64,000 nucleotides of DNA, taken from Lama glama (Eukaryota). Location: positions 48,362,001 through 48,426,000 of the forward strand of contig CM052818.1 in assembly GCA_028534125.1 (NCBI GenBank), given 5' to 3'. The first letter of the stretch is position 1. The number at the start of each line of letters is the position of its first letter. Below the pieces are notes generated by a model, which had not been told where the DNA came from, made no database searches, and saw nothing but the letters and a program-made list of their open reading frames with translations. The position numbers were made by a program, and so were the translations under genes. Of this stretch, positions 49,472 to 60,972 are shown one piece after another.

Positions 49472-50417
49472 TGGTCATGGTTTCTTAAATATAAAATGAA
49501 AAGCTCAAGTGACAAAATAAAATATAAATATACTTGACTTAATCAAAAAAATCTGTGCTTCAAAATACAAAAAGTGAAAAGATTATCCATAGAATGGGAG
49601 AAAATATTTGCAAATCATGTATATGGTATGAGACTTGTATCTGGACTATGTAAAGAATTCTGGCAACTCGACAGTAAAAATACAATCCAAATTTTTTAAA
49701 TGGGTAAAGGATTTGAATAGACATGTCAAAGAAGACACATAAATGCCCAATAATTCTGTGACAAGACAGACAATAACAAATGTTGACAAGGATGTGGGGA
49801 AATTGGGATCATTCTACATTGCTAGCAGACAGCAAAATGGTACAGTCCTTTTGGAAAACAAGTTGGCAGTTTCTCAAAATGTTAAAAATAGAGTTACCAT
49901 TCTACACAGTATTCCCCTCCTAGTGTATAGTCATAAGAATTGAAAATGTATGTTCACACAAAAACTTGTACACAAATATTCATAGCAACATTATTCCTAA
50001 TAGCAAAAAGGAGAAGCAACCCAAACGTTCATAAACTGAGGAATGGATAAATAAAATGTGGTATATCCATACAGTGGACACATATTCAGCCATAAAAAGG
50101 AATGGAGTATTTATACATGCTATAGCACGGATGAACCTTAAAAGTATGCTCAGAAATGAGACACAAATGGTCACATGGTGTATAATTCAATTTACATGAA
50201 ATTTCAAGGATAGCCAAATCCATAAAAACAGAAAGCATATCTGTGTTTTCCAGGAAGTTGTGAAGGGAGGAATGGAGAGCAAATGCTGATGGTTATGGGG
50301 TTTCTTTTGGGGGTGATAAAATGTTCTGAAATTAGGTAGTAGACAGCTCTGTGATCATAATTTAAGAAAACAAGAAATTGTAAAAAAATCAATCTTATGG
50401 TATATAACTGCTATCCC
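49472..50417 (+). mobile_element. Old L1 (L1MB-like): ORF2 C-terminus and 3' UTR
   Basis: agaatgggagaaaatatttgcaaatcat, ttggaaaac...ttggcagtttctcaaaatgttaaa, gaatggataaataaaatgtggtatatccatac, ggggtttcttttgggggtgataaaatgttctgaaattag; many indels. Confidence 0.92.
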
Positions 50418-50424
50418 AGGACAG

Positions 50425-51002
50425 TTAGTATAACAAATACCCATTTGTTAGCGCAACCTTCTGTAAGTCCAGACATGACGTAACTGGGTTCTCTGCGAGA
50501 GTGTCACAAGCCAAAATCAAGGTTTTGGTGGCTGAGCTCTCTTCTGAGCTTGAGGCCCTCATCCAAGCTCATTCTTGCCATCGTGCAATTCAGTTTCTTG
50601 CAAAGAAATAGGGCCCAGGTCCTTGTTTCTCTGCTTGCTGTCAGCTGGGGGCTACTTTCAACTCCTAGAGGCCTCCCGCATTCCTTGACAGGTAGTCGTC
50701 TCTGTCTCAAAGCCAGAAATTAAAAAACCTTCCTTGTGTAAAATCGCACTGCTCATACTCGGTTCTTATGGATTTGTTTATCTGCTCATCTTTGTTCAGG
50801 ATGAGGCCTGTCTCTTGTAAGTGCTCCTGTGCCGAGGTCAGGGCTGCCCAGGACAACCTCCCTCCCTTCGAGCCGGCTGAGCTATGCAGCCTGCCCTCAC
50901 CGTGGGCGTGGGACCCCATTCTGTTCACTGCCCTAGACGTTGTGCCAGGTGTGTGCACCAGGAGGTTATACTCTAGGTAGGGATCATAATTTTGTCTACC
51001 AT
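50425..51002 (-). mobile_element. MaLR solo LTR, MLT1E-like
   Basis: ctgggttctctgc...tcacaagccaaaatcaagg...tccaagctcattc...aattcagtttcttgc...tgctgtcagctggggg...ctcctagaggcc...caggacaacctcc...gtgtgcaccaggagg...tgtctacca. Confidence 0.8.
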
Positions 51003-52597
51003 GGTCCCCTGGCTTTAGATCCCTCTGGCTTTATGCTGACCCTGCCCTGTTGTCCTCTTCAGAATTATTCTGTAGATACTCTTAAGTAGCATCACATGAT
51101 CTAACACAGAGTAGGAACTGAAAAAACAGAAAGTACTTCCAGGTTAAATGCCAAAGGTGATGGTCTATGCTCATCTATAGCACTCGGTGTCGGGGAGTCT
51201 GGAGCTCACTGCACTCCCGTCCCTTTCTGATGCCTTCTAAGAATCGTTCTGAGTTCTGAAAGCTCCTAGGGACGGTCCTGTGATAGTTCCAGAAACCTCA
51301 GCCTTATTTCCTATATTTGGAAACTCATCACTCACAAGAATTACATGTGCCTGTGTGTATGTGATGGAGAGAACACACGTGTGGGTGAGAAAGACAGAAA
51401 TGACTGACAGAAACTTTGCTTTATTGCTGCTGTTGCTTCAAGCTATTCTCCACTCAAAAATGGGAAATACCATGAAAATCAATAGAACATAATAAAAGTC
51501 ATCACTGAAGTGGGGAAGGCTGTTTCCTGGACGATCTCTCACCCTGTTTGTTTCCCTCCACTCTCCACCTTTTCAGATGGTGTGGATTTATCCACAATAT
51601 GCCCAGATTCTGAAAATCCCAGGGGAGGGGTGAACCTTAATTGCAGCCACATGAAGCCTCGGAGGGCTTGGCTTATTGACACGGCCTCCCTGCCAGAAGC
51701 GGAGGCGCTGGCCAAATGATGGTAATTGGCCCAGCCAGCAAGCGCAGAGCTTTCAGCTCTGCAAGGTGATCTTGGTGTAAGATAGAAACCATGACGCTCT
51801 GATTTGTCTTGCAAGGATGTTTCTTATCTATTTAGCAAAGATGTCCTTAGGTTCAGTTTTCCCAACTATCTAAGCAAAGAAATACTATTTATCTGGGTTT
51901 TGAGGAGCCAAATGTTAAAAGACATGTATTGTCCAAAAGGCGTGTTACTTACATTAGAATCTGATTTTAATAAATAGCAATTTTTTTCACAAGTTTGAAA
52001 GAAATGTTCCCATGTGCTAGTCAGGGGGCTTTATTTATGTCCCATTGTGCAAACCCTAAAATAACACTTTGAGAGACATTTCATTCTCGTTATTTTCATA
52101 GATCAGAAAATGAAAGCCGTCGAACTGGCGTTGCCACTTGTGGGAGCTGAGAGCTGAGTGAGCACCGGGCCCTGAGCTGCCATCAGCTGTGCTCACACCG
52201 TCTGTAGCTCATAGGTCTCTGCTGTCCTTTGTGAAAATGGCTCAATGCTTTCCCATAAACTTTGATACAATAATGCTGCTTTTTGTCAACAAAACTTTAA
52301 AACATTTAATTATTACATATCTTTGGTCTAGAGAAGAAGTCATTCAGAACTAAAGGTGCTTTGAGTCATTGTGAAATACAGAGTCCCACATGTGTGGATT
52401 GAGTGAATTCCTAGAAAAACCATCCAACTGTGTCCAATGCACTAGTAATTGGACATTTTTTTTCTAAAGAACCACCTTAGAGTCTTTTCAGATCAAGGTT
52501 GGACATAAATAAATACAACTGAGCATTCATTTCATTCTCATTTTAAAGCCTTAGCTGAGGCCATTAAACTGAGAACCAAGGTGGACGAATCTCTCAC

Positions 52598-53684
52598 TTT
52601 CTCGAAATGGTAGCTAGACTCATCCTTTTCGGGAACTGCCAAGAAGTAGTTAAAGCTTGCTCTGAGATACTGGATCTGATATTCTTCTTTGGACTTTAAA
52701 TAAGAGGAGACTAGAAACAAATCAGAGCTGGAAAGAGAAAAGGGAAGGCGGGATGGAGAGCAGCCAGGGTCACCCCCAGGTCCACACAGGTAAGGGAGGC
52801 ATCTCAGAGCTACAGGAAGGGGGGGGGGTCTTCAGAGAGAAAAGACCAAAAGCTAGCTGGTTCCTTCACCCTAGTTTGAGAATAACCAAGCTGCTGGCAT
52901 AGTCAGGTACAAATTCATGGGGACACTTGTCTCTCCCAAGGGGAACAAGAGGAGCTCTCAGGAGGTGCCTGGATGTCACTAGGGGTCGGGGGTTGGGGCT
53001 GCATGGCCTTTGGAAGTGGATGCAGCTCCACTGGCAGATGGCCACTCTTCTGTTGGGAGGGTCTGCATTGCTATGAGGGATGCATCTGCATTTGCACTGG
53101 AGGTGGTGGCACTAACATCGAAGGTGTCTATATCTTCATTCCAGGTAACCCTACATCTGTTGCTGGGTATCTGCCTTTCCTTTGGGAGAGGCCTGCATTT
53201 CACTGGGAGGTGTGTACATCTCCAGATGTGGGGGAGCAAGAGAAAACTCCCAGGACATCAGGGGGACCATCGCCCATCCCAGAAGCAGTGCATGATCTAA
53301 TACCTTAGGGGAGAACGGGAGGAGGACAGAGAGCCAATTATACCTCCGTTAAACCCACAGCCAGCACCTCAAAGTGACTAAGCAACATTCTGGAATCTGT
53401 CTGGGGGTCCTAATGATGTAGGACCTTGTCCTTGCTCCCACCTTTAGAGGAAGCACATGTAAGAAGCCAGAAGGTATAACATGAGATGAAGAATAAGAGC
53501 AGATGGCAGCCTGCTTTCCCACTGAAGGCTGCAGAGCCTTATTCAGACCTGGGTCCTGGGTAGGAATCAACTTAAACATGGATGTGAAATACAAGTGCTG
53601 GTTTAGACCAGCTTGGAGTTTTAAATGATGGAAAATGAGTTTATTCCAATGCACGGATATGATGTAAAAAGGTATAAAAACTAC
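52598..53684 (-). pseudogene. Candidate decayed multi-exon coding segment (three exon-like blocks, product unidentified)
   Basis: Blocks 53684-53442 (81 open codons), 53303-52870 (decayed MQxPP repeat with stops and frameshifts) and 52727-52598 (43 open codons). Each has a pyrimidine tract + AG acceptor and a GT donor; introns are about 140 nt. No homologue recognised. Confidence 0.3.
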
Positions 53685-55560
53685 CTGTTCAGGAATAGAG
53701 AAAAGAAAACCAATAAAGTGGGTTTGAAAACCATAGTGGGAGAAAAAATACACTGTTTTCACTTGCCTGTCAAGTTCAACCCACGCAGTGTGTCACCGAC
53801 AGTCATGCACGCATGCAAAGGTTTTTAAACAGAGTATGGTGCGATAGGAAAAGTGTGTGAGGAGTATTCCCCTCTGAAGTTTAGACATGTTTAAGAAGCC
53901 AGTGTCATTCATATACCCAGTCACTGACAGTATTTCTTCTCTTTGCCGCCCAGTCCCTCTTCCCTGCTCTCTCCATTTCACTGATCTACACCCAGTACGG
54001 AAAGTCACTGGGCTCCTGCTAGGTAAGTGCTACGTTGAGGAACGTACAGGAACACAAAAGCACCTGTCTGCAGTAGATTCAGTAAGAGCTTGGCTCAAAA
54101 TAGAGATTACCTCGTAAAAATAACAGCAACACTAACCAAAATGTCGTCTCAAAGATCTGACTTGTAAGACGAAAAATACCAAGTCTTCAAAATATTTTAT
54201 ACAGTCACTGTACTGAAGGTAACGTGTTTAAGTGGATGGCCAGATGGGCTGATAATGCTTAAAAAAAGTTAATTAAAGGACAGGAAAGTAAAAAGAAAGA
54301 CTATACCCCAATCATCATTTTCACTACAGTAAGAACAATCATTACGCCACTGCGTATTGGGAGAAAAGAGAACGCGCTGGGTGTTGCAGCCCCAGCTCTG
54401 CGTGGACTTCCTGTTCGATCTGGAGTGAGTCTTTGAACATCTCTGAGCCTGCTTTCTCATCGGTAACTAGCAGCTCTAAACTTAAATGCATATTCCCAGA
54501 CTTTCAATGTCCAGAAAGCAATTAAATTTCCTGCTTTGCAATCTCCATATTTTAATGCTTACGTTGGTCTTTTCCATGACAATTCCAGGAGGTAAGCAAA
54601 TTCACCCCTATTCCGCCTCCTACAGCATCTTTCCCACAAGGTAAACTGGACTTTAGGGTAACAGATGTTTGCTTATTCTAGGAAGACAATGCTGTGAAAT
54701 TCTGGCAGGTTGGTGCATTTGTTTTCAAGCATGAGAGTTTTAGGCATCGTGAACATTTATTTATAAGGTGTCAGTGATGCCGGCTGGACAAGATGTAGTC
54801 TCTGTCCGTTACTGCTTCTCCGTGGAACGAGATGACCACAGCAGTGGTCACTGAGCGGGAGGCAGACTCAACAGGGGCTTTTTGAAGGATGCCTACCACA
54901 GTCAAAGAATATGGCCATTTTTAATGAGGCATGATCTTTTCATTTGGAGTTGCGATTTACCAGCAGGGTAACTTTTTTCAGCTTGTTCTGTTCTGGGTTC
55001 TGCAGGTTAGCTAGAGAAGCTCAAATGTGACTGGCAAGCAGAGCCCCTTAAAGCTGTCAGGCCACCTTGCAATTAGGCATCATGCCACTCGAACAGATGG
55101 CGTGAATGATGGCATGCCAGACAGCCAATACGCATCTCAACATTGAGCATTCAGAGAGAATTTCCTCTCTCAGAATGCCAAAATATGAATCTATGACATA
55201 GCGAGCAATAAAATATTTTACATAGCGCACGGATTTTAGAAAGAATAATGCTGATTTTATATAGGGTCAATATGGGGCCCATTATAGACTCATAGATTCT
55301 CAGGGTTAAAAGGCATTTTAAAGACAATGAATTTTGGCGACTCACTAGATGCTCCATTCATTCATATATCCATCCAAAACTATTGAACCCCCATGATGAG
55401 TTAGGCACCACCTACCTATCTGCACAGATAGCTGGCCTCAGCATCCTTAAGCCTGGCCTGGACCACATACACTGACGGGGAACTCACCACTGTGAACACT
55501 CGGTATCCATGTCATCCTCCAGCAAAAGTCTCCAATCTTGACCACACCTTATTCACATAC

Positions 55561-55731
55561 AACTTTCAAAGCCAAATCCACTCCTAAACTTGTAATTGGT
55601 TCTAAGATGGTTGCAACAGCTTTAAGCAGAATTGAAAAATCGTTTGGTACTTGTTCTTGAAATTGGAATGTAAGCCATCGTTCAATGTTATCACCTCCTA
55701 ACTTGATTTGTTTTTTATAAAATACATCAGG
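55561..55731 (-). pseudogene. Candidate coding-like exon (57 open codons, unidentified)
   Basis: Weak acceptor ...tctccttggatcacaaag, donor GTT|gtatgt, phase 0/0: PDVFYKKQIKLGGDNIERWLTFQFQEQVPNDFSILLKAVATILEPITSLGVDLALKV. Confidence 0.2.
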
Positions 55732-56198
55732 CTTTGTGATCCAAGGAGAGACAACAAGAAGACTGTGGTTTTGAGAATGTCGCCATCGGGAACGTGTGCA
55801 GGGCAGCGACGTGATGGGCAGGAGTTCCGCAGCAGCCTTTTGCTCCTCAGTCTGCTCTCCATGGAAAGCTGGCTTGGGACTCACAGAGGCGAAAACAGGG
55901 CCTCTTCCCTGGCTGTTCCACAGTCCAGATCTACAGGCTGTGCCCAACTACCCAGAAAGAGGGATGCCCAGCAGTGGAAGCACAGGTGGAAGGCGCTTCT
56001 CTGTGGTCTCCTGGAAGGGTTGAACACTGAGATCTGAGCAGCGTTGTGCCAGGGGTCTGATGCACAGGTAGCAAACACCCCAGGGGGCAGCTCTGGCGTG
56101 GACTTCGGTGGGTCTCATCCACAGTGACGGTGTGGGACGTTGGTGGCAGCGCCCTCCCTGCCATGATGAGCATACTGACTACTCTTGACATTGGATGG

Positions 56199-56657
56199 TG
56201 TTATGGATGGAAACGTGCCCCTTGGAAATTTGTATGTTGAAGTCCTGACCCCCAGCACCTGAGTGTGTGAGCTCGTGTGGAAATAGGGCTGTTGTATGTG
56301 TAGTTAAAGATGAAGTCACTCTGGAGGAGAGTGGGTCCCTGATCCAGCTCTTATTAAAAGGGAAAATTTGGATCTAGCCTTGCACACAAGTAGACGGCCA
56401 GGTGAAGGTGAGGCACATACTGGGGTGAAGCATCTATGAGCCAAGGGAGGACCAAGGTCGCCAGTAAGCCACCAACAGCCAGGGGACAGTGGGGGAGCCG
56501 GTTCTCCCACACGGCCCTCAGGAAAGGCAACCCTGTGCGCACCTTGATCTTGGACATCTGGCCTCCAGAATCGTGCACCAGTTTCTCTATCTGTTGTCCT
56601 TGCTTCAGTCACCCAACCTGTGGTCATTTATTAAAGCAGCCTGAGGAAACTGATACT
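56199..56657 (+). mobile_element. MaLR solo LTR, MLT1C-like, full length
   Basis: tgttatgg...tatgttgaagtcctgacccccag...ggaaataggg...caccttgatcttggac...gcctccagaa...ggaaactgatac. 5-bp TSD gatgg (56194-56198 / 56658-56662). Confidence 0.9.
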
Positions 56658-59165
56658 GATGGGAAAGGGGACATTCCTCTAACTGACAAAGTTACATCAA
56701 GATTGTACAAGCATTAGAGATAAAATTACAACATCTTGTCCTCCATAGTAATTATTAATCTAAGACTTGCTTGTTAGATGAATGAATAAATGATGAATCC
56801 GGTGAAATATTTTTAAAACCTTTGCCACGTCCACACACAAAGTACCGAACCCCACACTGACATCCAGAGCCTTGGGACGGGCCAGTGCCTCTGCAGCTGC
56901 GTCACATTTAGGCCAGTGAAAAACACACACATTAACACATCTGGTTATAAATACACATAAACTCAAGCAGAGGGCAAGCATCCTGCTTTTGTACCTTTGT
57001 TCTTCTTTGTTGCATGCAGTCATCCGTGGGCTACCCTCTCTCCCCTCAGAGTCGAGGAAAACCCTCCAAGTTGTGAGCCCGTGTTGGGTTTTGTGATTCT
57101 GTGCTTACGCTCCAAGTTACTCACGTCTCTTTCTTCCAAAGGCCGTCACAGGAAGCACGATGGCGGAAACTTCTGTCTACCTAACGGAGCCGTCTTAAAG
57201 GAGGGCCATCTTGTCAAAGACAGAAGAAAAAAAAAGGTTAAGAAAACACCAGTTAAACTCCTGTGCAGATATTAGCAGTTTCCCTGTGACACCAAAGGGG
57301 CAGTGGTCACTTAGGGGCCGCGTCCAGTCCAGGCGCTCAGCGTCACTTGGAACGGGTGCATCTTCTGGCACGTTCCGTATCCGCACATGTGCTCATTTGT
57401 GGCATTGATCGTAGTCGTAATTACTTGTAAACCTCGTTCAAGGTGTCAGTCTCTCTTCCTGCTAAATGTCCAACACCGATGACAGCTCCGAGCCCAGCAG
57501 TGTGTAACACGTGGGTACATACAAATACCTCACGTAACATAGTAAGGGGACACATACAGGACTCGGCCTCTGGACAGCCCCCAACGGGGCACGACCGGCC
57601 CGCAAGCTTTTGTGCACACAGCACCCCTTTCTGCATTCGGGGTAAATTCAGAACGAGGCGCTGGGCACACACCAACTCTAAAAGCAATGTCAGATCTTAG
57701 GGCTTTCCTTTTACTCATTCTGATTCACAGCCTGGGCCAACATCCTCTCTAAGAGCACACCCCCGTGATGTAATGAAAGCTTACATCGTCTTCAGAGTAT
57801 TCCACACACAAGTGAGGTGACATCCAGCGAAGACAGAAGGAACGGTGCAGAGTCTACGCTGAATTTCTCTGGGCTGACTGTCACCTGAATGAAGAGACTC
57901 CGTGTACGGAGCCCAGTCTGATGCCGCACACGTGCTGGCCCCCAGTCCAGGCTGCTCTTCCTCCCCTGCGGCGAGGTCCTTGGGCTGTTCCCCAGCCCCC
58001 CAGCCCCCCAGCCCCTCTCCCTATCCCCATCCCACAGAACGATGAGATCCTTGGCTCTTCTGGAGAGTAAATAGCTGAAGGCTTTGGTTTGGGGGAGGAA
58101 GGGCATTTGCGCTAAGGCCAAAGGCAAAGGCACAATCTTTGGCAAAGCACCCAGCTTAGTTTCCAGGGATACATTCAAAAATTGGACAGAAGGAGTAACC
58201 CGCAGTGACTCTGTACTGAAAGTGATTAGTTCTGATTCAAACACAATGTGACCGAAACCTGTCGTCCCACCACCGGCTGCAGGTTTGATGCCTTGTAGCT
58301 TTCTCTGCTAAGACTGCCGTCGGATCTCAGAGTCAAACCTCGGAGTTTTCAAACCACTTCGGCGACTCTGTCAATTATGCATCGATGAAAACATAATTTT
58401 ATTTTACCAGTTTGGAGATAATGAAAACAAATTCTCCTCTTTGAATATTTTTCCAGCACTGCTCTGTGAAGCGCACACATAGCAAAGTATTCCGGTAAAG
58501 ACAAACGGACACCAGCTTTTGTTAAAACTTGCACCTGGAGAGCAGCCTCAGAGATCAAAGCCTCTGACCATCCGACTGACAGACAGAATGCAATTTAAGG
58601 CGCATTTAGGAATTTAAGATACATGTACAACAACTACAAGGCCAGCGGAACTAAATGCATAATATTTTTCACTCACTTGTGCCAAGCCTGTCTGAAAATA
58701 GATGAAAAGGATCCTGTTCCCCACCCCCGTTTTCTCCATGGAAGGGAAGTTCCAAACCCCAGCCCTCAGGAGGCCGGCCAGCCGCTTCCTGCCTCTGCGG
58801 GTGCTGCCTCACGAGACCGTAGGGTGATGCTCCCCCAACCAAACGCTCCACTTTGCAGAACCGGTTACACTCCACCACTCCCGGTTGTGCGTGTGGAGGG
58901 ATGTGCTGAAGACTGTCCGCTGCACCCAGGGTCAATACAAGAAGCGAATGAAGAAAGACTGCAGGGAAACTGCTAGAATGCAGCAGGAGGTCTGAACACA
59001 GCTTGCTCGCCGTGTCTATAGAGGGAGCCACATGTGGATCAGAGGTGGCAAGGACCAGGGGCCAGAATGACACGAGGATGGGGGATGGATGTGGTGAGCA
59101 CAGGCATGAAAAGTTTTAGGGGTCTCTGTTAAGGGGATCAAGATTCATCCACTCTTTTCTCCGTG

Positions 59166-59290
59166 CATTCATTCGACAGAGACTGATGTGTGGTCGCTAG
59201 CTTCCCGGCATGCGTCTGGCTGTGGGGAGCAACTCAGTGAGCAAGGCACAAGTGTCTGGCTCTCCCGCAGTCTCAGTTCCAGGGAACGTG
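59166..59290 (-). mobile_element. L2 3'-end fragment
   Basis: cattcattcgaca...ggctgtgggga...cagtgagcaaggcaca...ctc...ctcagttccaggg. Confidence 0.55.
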
Positions 59291-59357
59291 GGAGAAAGGC
59301 CAGGAGTGAGCAAGCCGGGGGGAGGATGGGATCCTTGCCGATAATCATTTATACCTT

Positions 59358-59383
59358 AAAAATAAATAAATAAATAAATAAAA
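59358..59383. repeat. (AAAT)n microsatellite
   Basis: Directly visible. Confidence 0.85.
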
Positions 59384-60853
59384 CAGGGGGAAGGGCTTAA
59401 GCCCTTAAAAGAGACTTACATCACGTGAACAAAATGGGATCTAAGCAACCCGAGGAGGGGCCAGATGTGAATGTTGAGGAGAATCGTAAGTTGCAGGAAG
59501 ATGAATTAATGGGAGCAACATTTCCAGGAAGCACGAAACACGCACAGAGGTCCTGGGCTGGGGACGTAATGAACAATGAAAAACGCCCTGTCCCATCTGG
59601 GACATCCATGACTCTAGAAATATCTGAATACAGAAGATGTGCCCCCCAAATGCTTCTTAGATCCACACCTAGACTGATCCTGCACTCATTACATTAAAAG
59701 AATAAAGCAACGTCTTAGAAGCATCTATTCATCCATTGGGTGCAGGGGTGGGGGGCAGGGCTCACCTACAAAAGCACAAAACGGGAGGTGAATCTCAGAC
59801 TCAGTAAGCGCTAAGCCGTCTTGTCGTGTAGACGGCTCTGGAGTGCTGGTGGGTAAAACCTGAGTTTTAGGAACTGTGCTCAGCCAGACTGACTTATATT
59901 GTCATCAGATACAGAACTGCTTTAAAAACAAGTCAACATTTTATCTTTGGGGAACATAACAGTGTTACCTGAATGATGATGGCCAACTGAGGAAAAAAAA
60001 TCTGATTAAGAGAATATAAGATATTATTTTAAAAACATAATTGATTGACCGAAGCGTTATCAACAGACCCAGTATCCCGAATGTTTCCTTAGGAAAATTA
60101 AATATCATCTCAGCAAAACCCGTCCTTTTGAGTCGGCCACAGTTAAACCTCTACCCAAACGATTTGGTTCATGATGACATTAGATCCTTAAAAGTAAATC
60201 GTTAGCATGAATTGTTTCCCCTTCTCGTATGAATATTCACATAATTAGACCAAAGAAATGCATCTGAAAAAAAGCCTTTCTTTTAGACAACATATACACT
60301 GAATTAAGATCTGATAAAATATGATCACAAGCATGTGACATGGCACTGAAAGCCATGTTCCAGTGACTATGACAATGTGACAAACTTAGTGCTTAACACA
60401 AGATCAACATCGATTTCTTTTCCTCCCCAGTGGCCTCTGGGGCAGGTCTCCACGGGGACAGCATCCCTGCTTCACCCGGCGCAGGGAGGTGGCTCCCGGC
60501 TGGGAGGTGTCCTCACTCACGGGTGGCTGCTGGGACCACACTGAGCCCCTTGGGTTTCTCCGCGTCTACTTGGGGTCTCCGGGGTGAACAAACACACCGC
60601 AAGACCGTTCAGGACTCCCTGGGTGCAACCCCAAGAAAGAGAAGGAGCTGGAAGGAAGCCTTGCACGGCCCAGCCTGGGAGGGAGCCTGTGTCCCCCTGT
60701 CCTGTGTCTTCTTCCTGAGAAGTGCGACCTGAAAGCCAGCGCAGTTCAACAGGAGGGCACAAAATCCCGCCTTGGTCACAGCCATGTCAAAGGCTACAAA
60801 TGAGTTTTCCAACCACTGGGGCCAGAGAGAAGAGGCTGAACGGTAAAGTGTCG

Positions 60854-60972
60854 GGGGAGGTCTGCTCGAGTGGCAGAGCGCACACTTAGCATGCGTGAGG
60901 TCCTGGGTTCATCCCCAGCACCCCTTCTAAAAATAAGTAAGTGAACTTAATTACTTCCCCCAAAGAAAATTT
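60854..60972 (+). mobile_element. Vic-1-type SINE, copy 7
   Basis: gggggagg...gctcgagtggcagagcgcacacttagcatgcgtgaggtcctgggttcatccccagcacc...aacttaattacttcccc. Confidence 0.88.

Noticed and set aside
53761..53875. Extra exon with a GC donor (CAG|GCAAGT) 82 nt upstream of the 53684 acceptor
   Set aside because: It has stops in every frame and is not phase-compatible with the downstream open frame, so it is left out of the model. It could still be a decayed exon.
56075..56090. CTCF-like motifs (accccagggggcag; also about 33165 and about 43990)
   Set aside because: Each has two or more mismatches to the core, which is not distinguishable from background without ChIP data.
59391..59406. Perfect 16-bp palindrome aagggcttaagccctt
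   Set aside because: About one perfect palindrome with 8-bp arms is expected by chance in 64 kb.
59414..59697. 90-aa + strand ORF (MNKMGSKQPEEG...) and a minus-strand GTAAGT donor
   Set aside because: The ORF starts at GTG and has no recognisable homology; the minus-strand candidate exon has stops in all frames.
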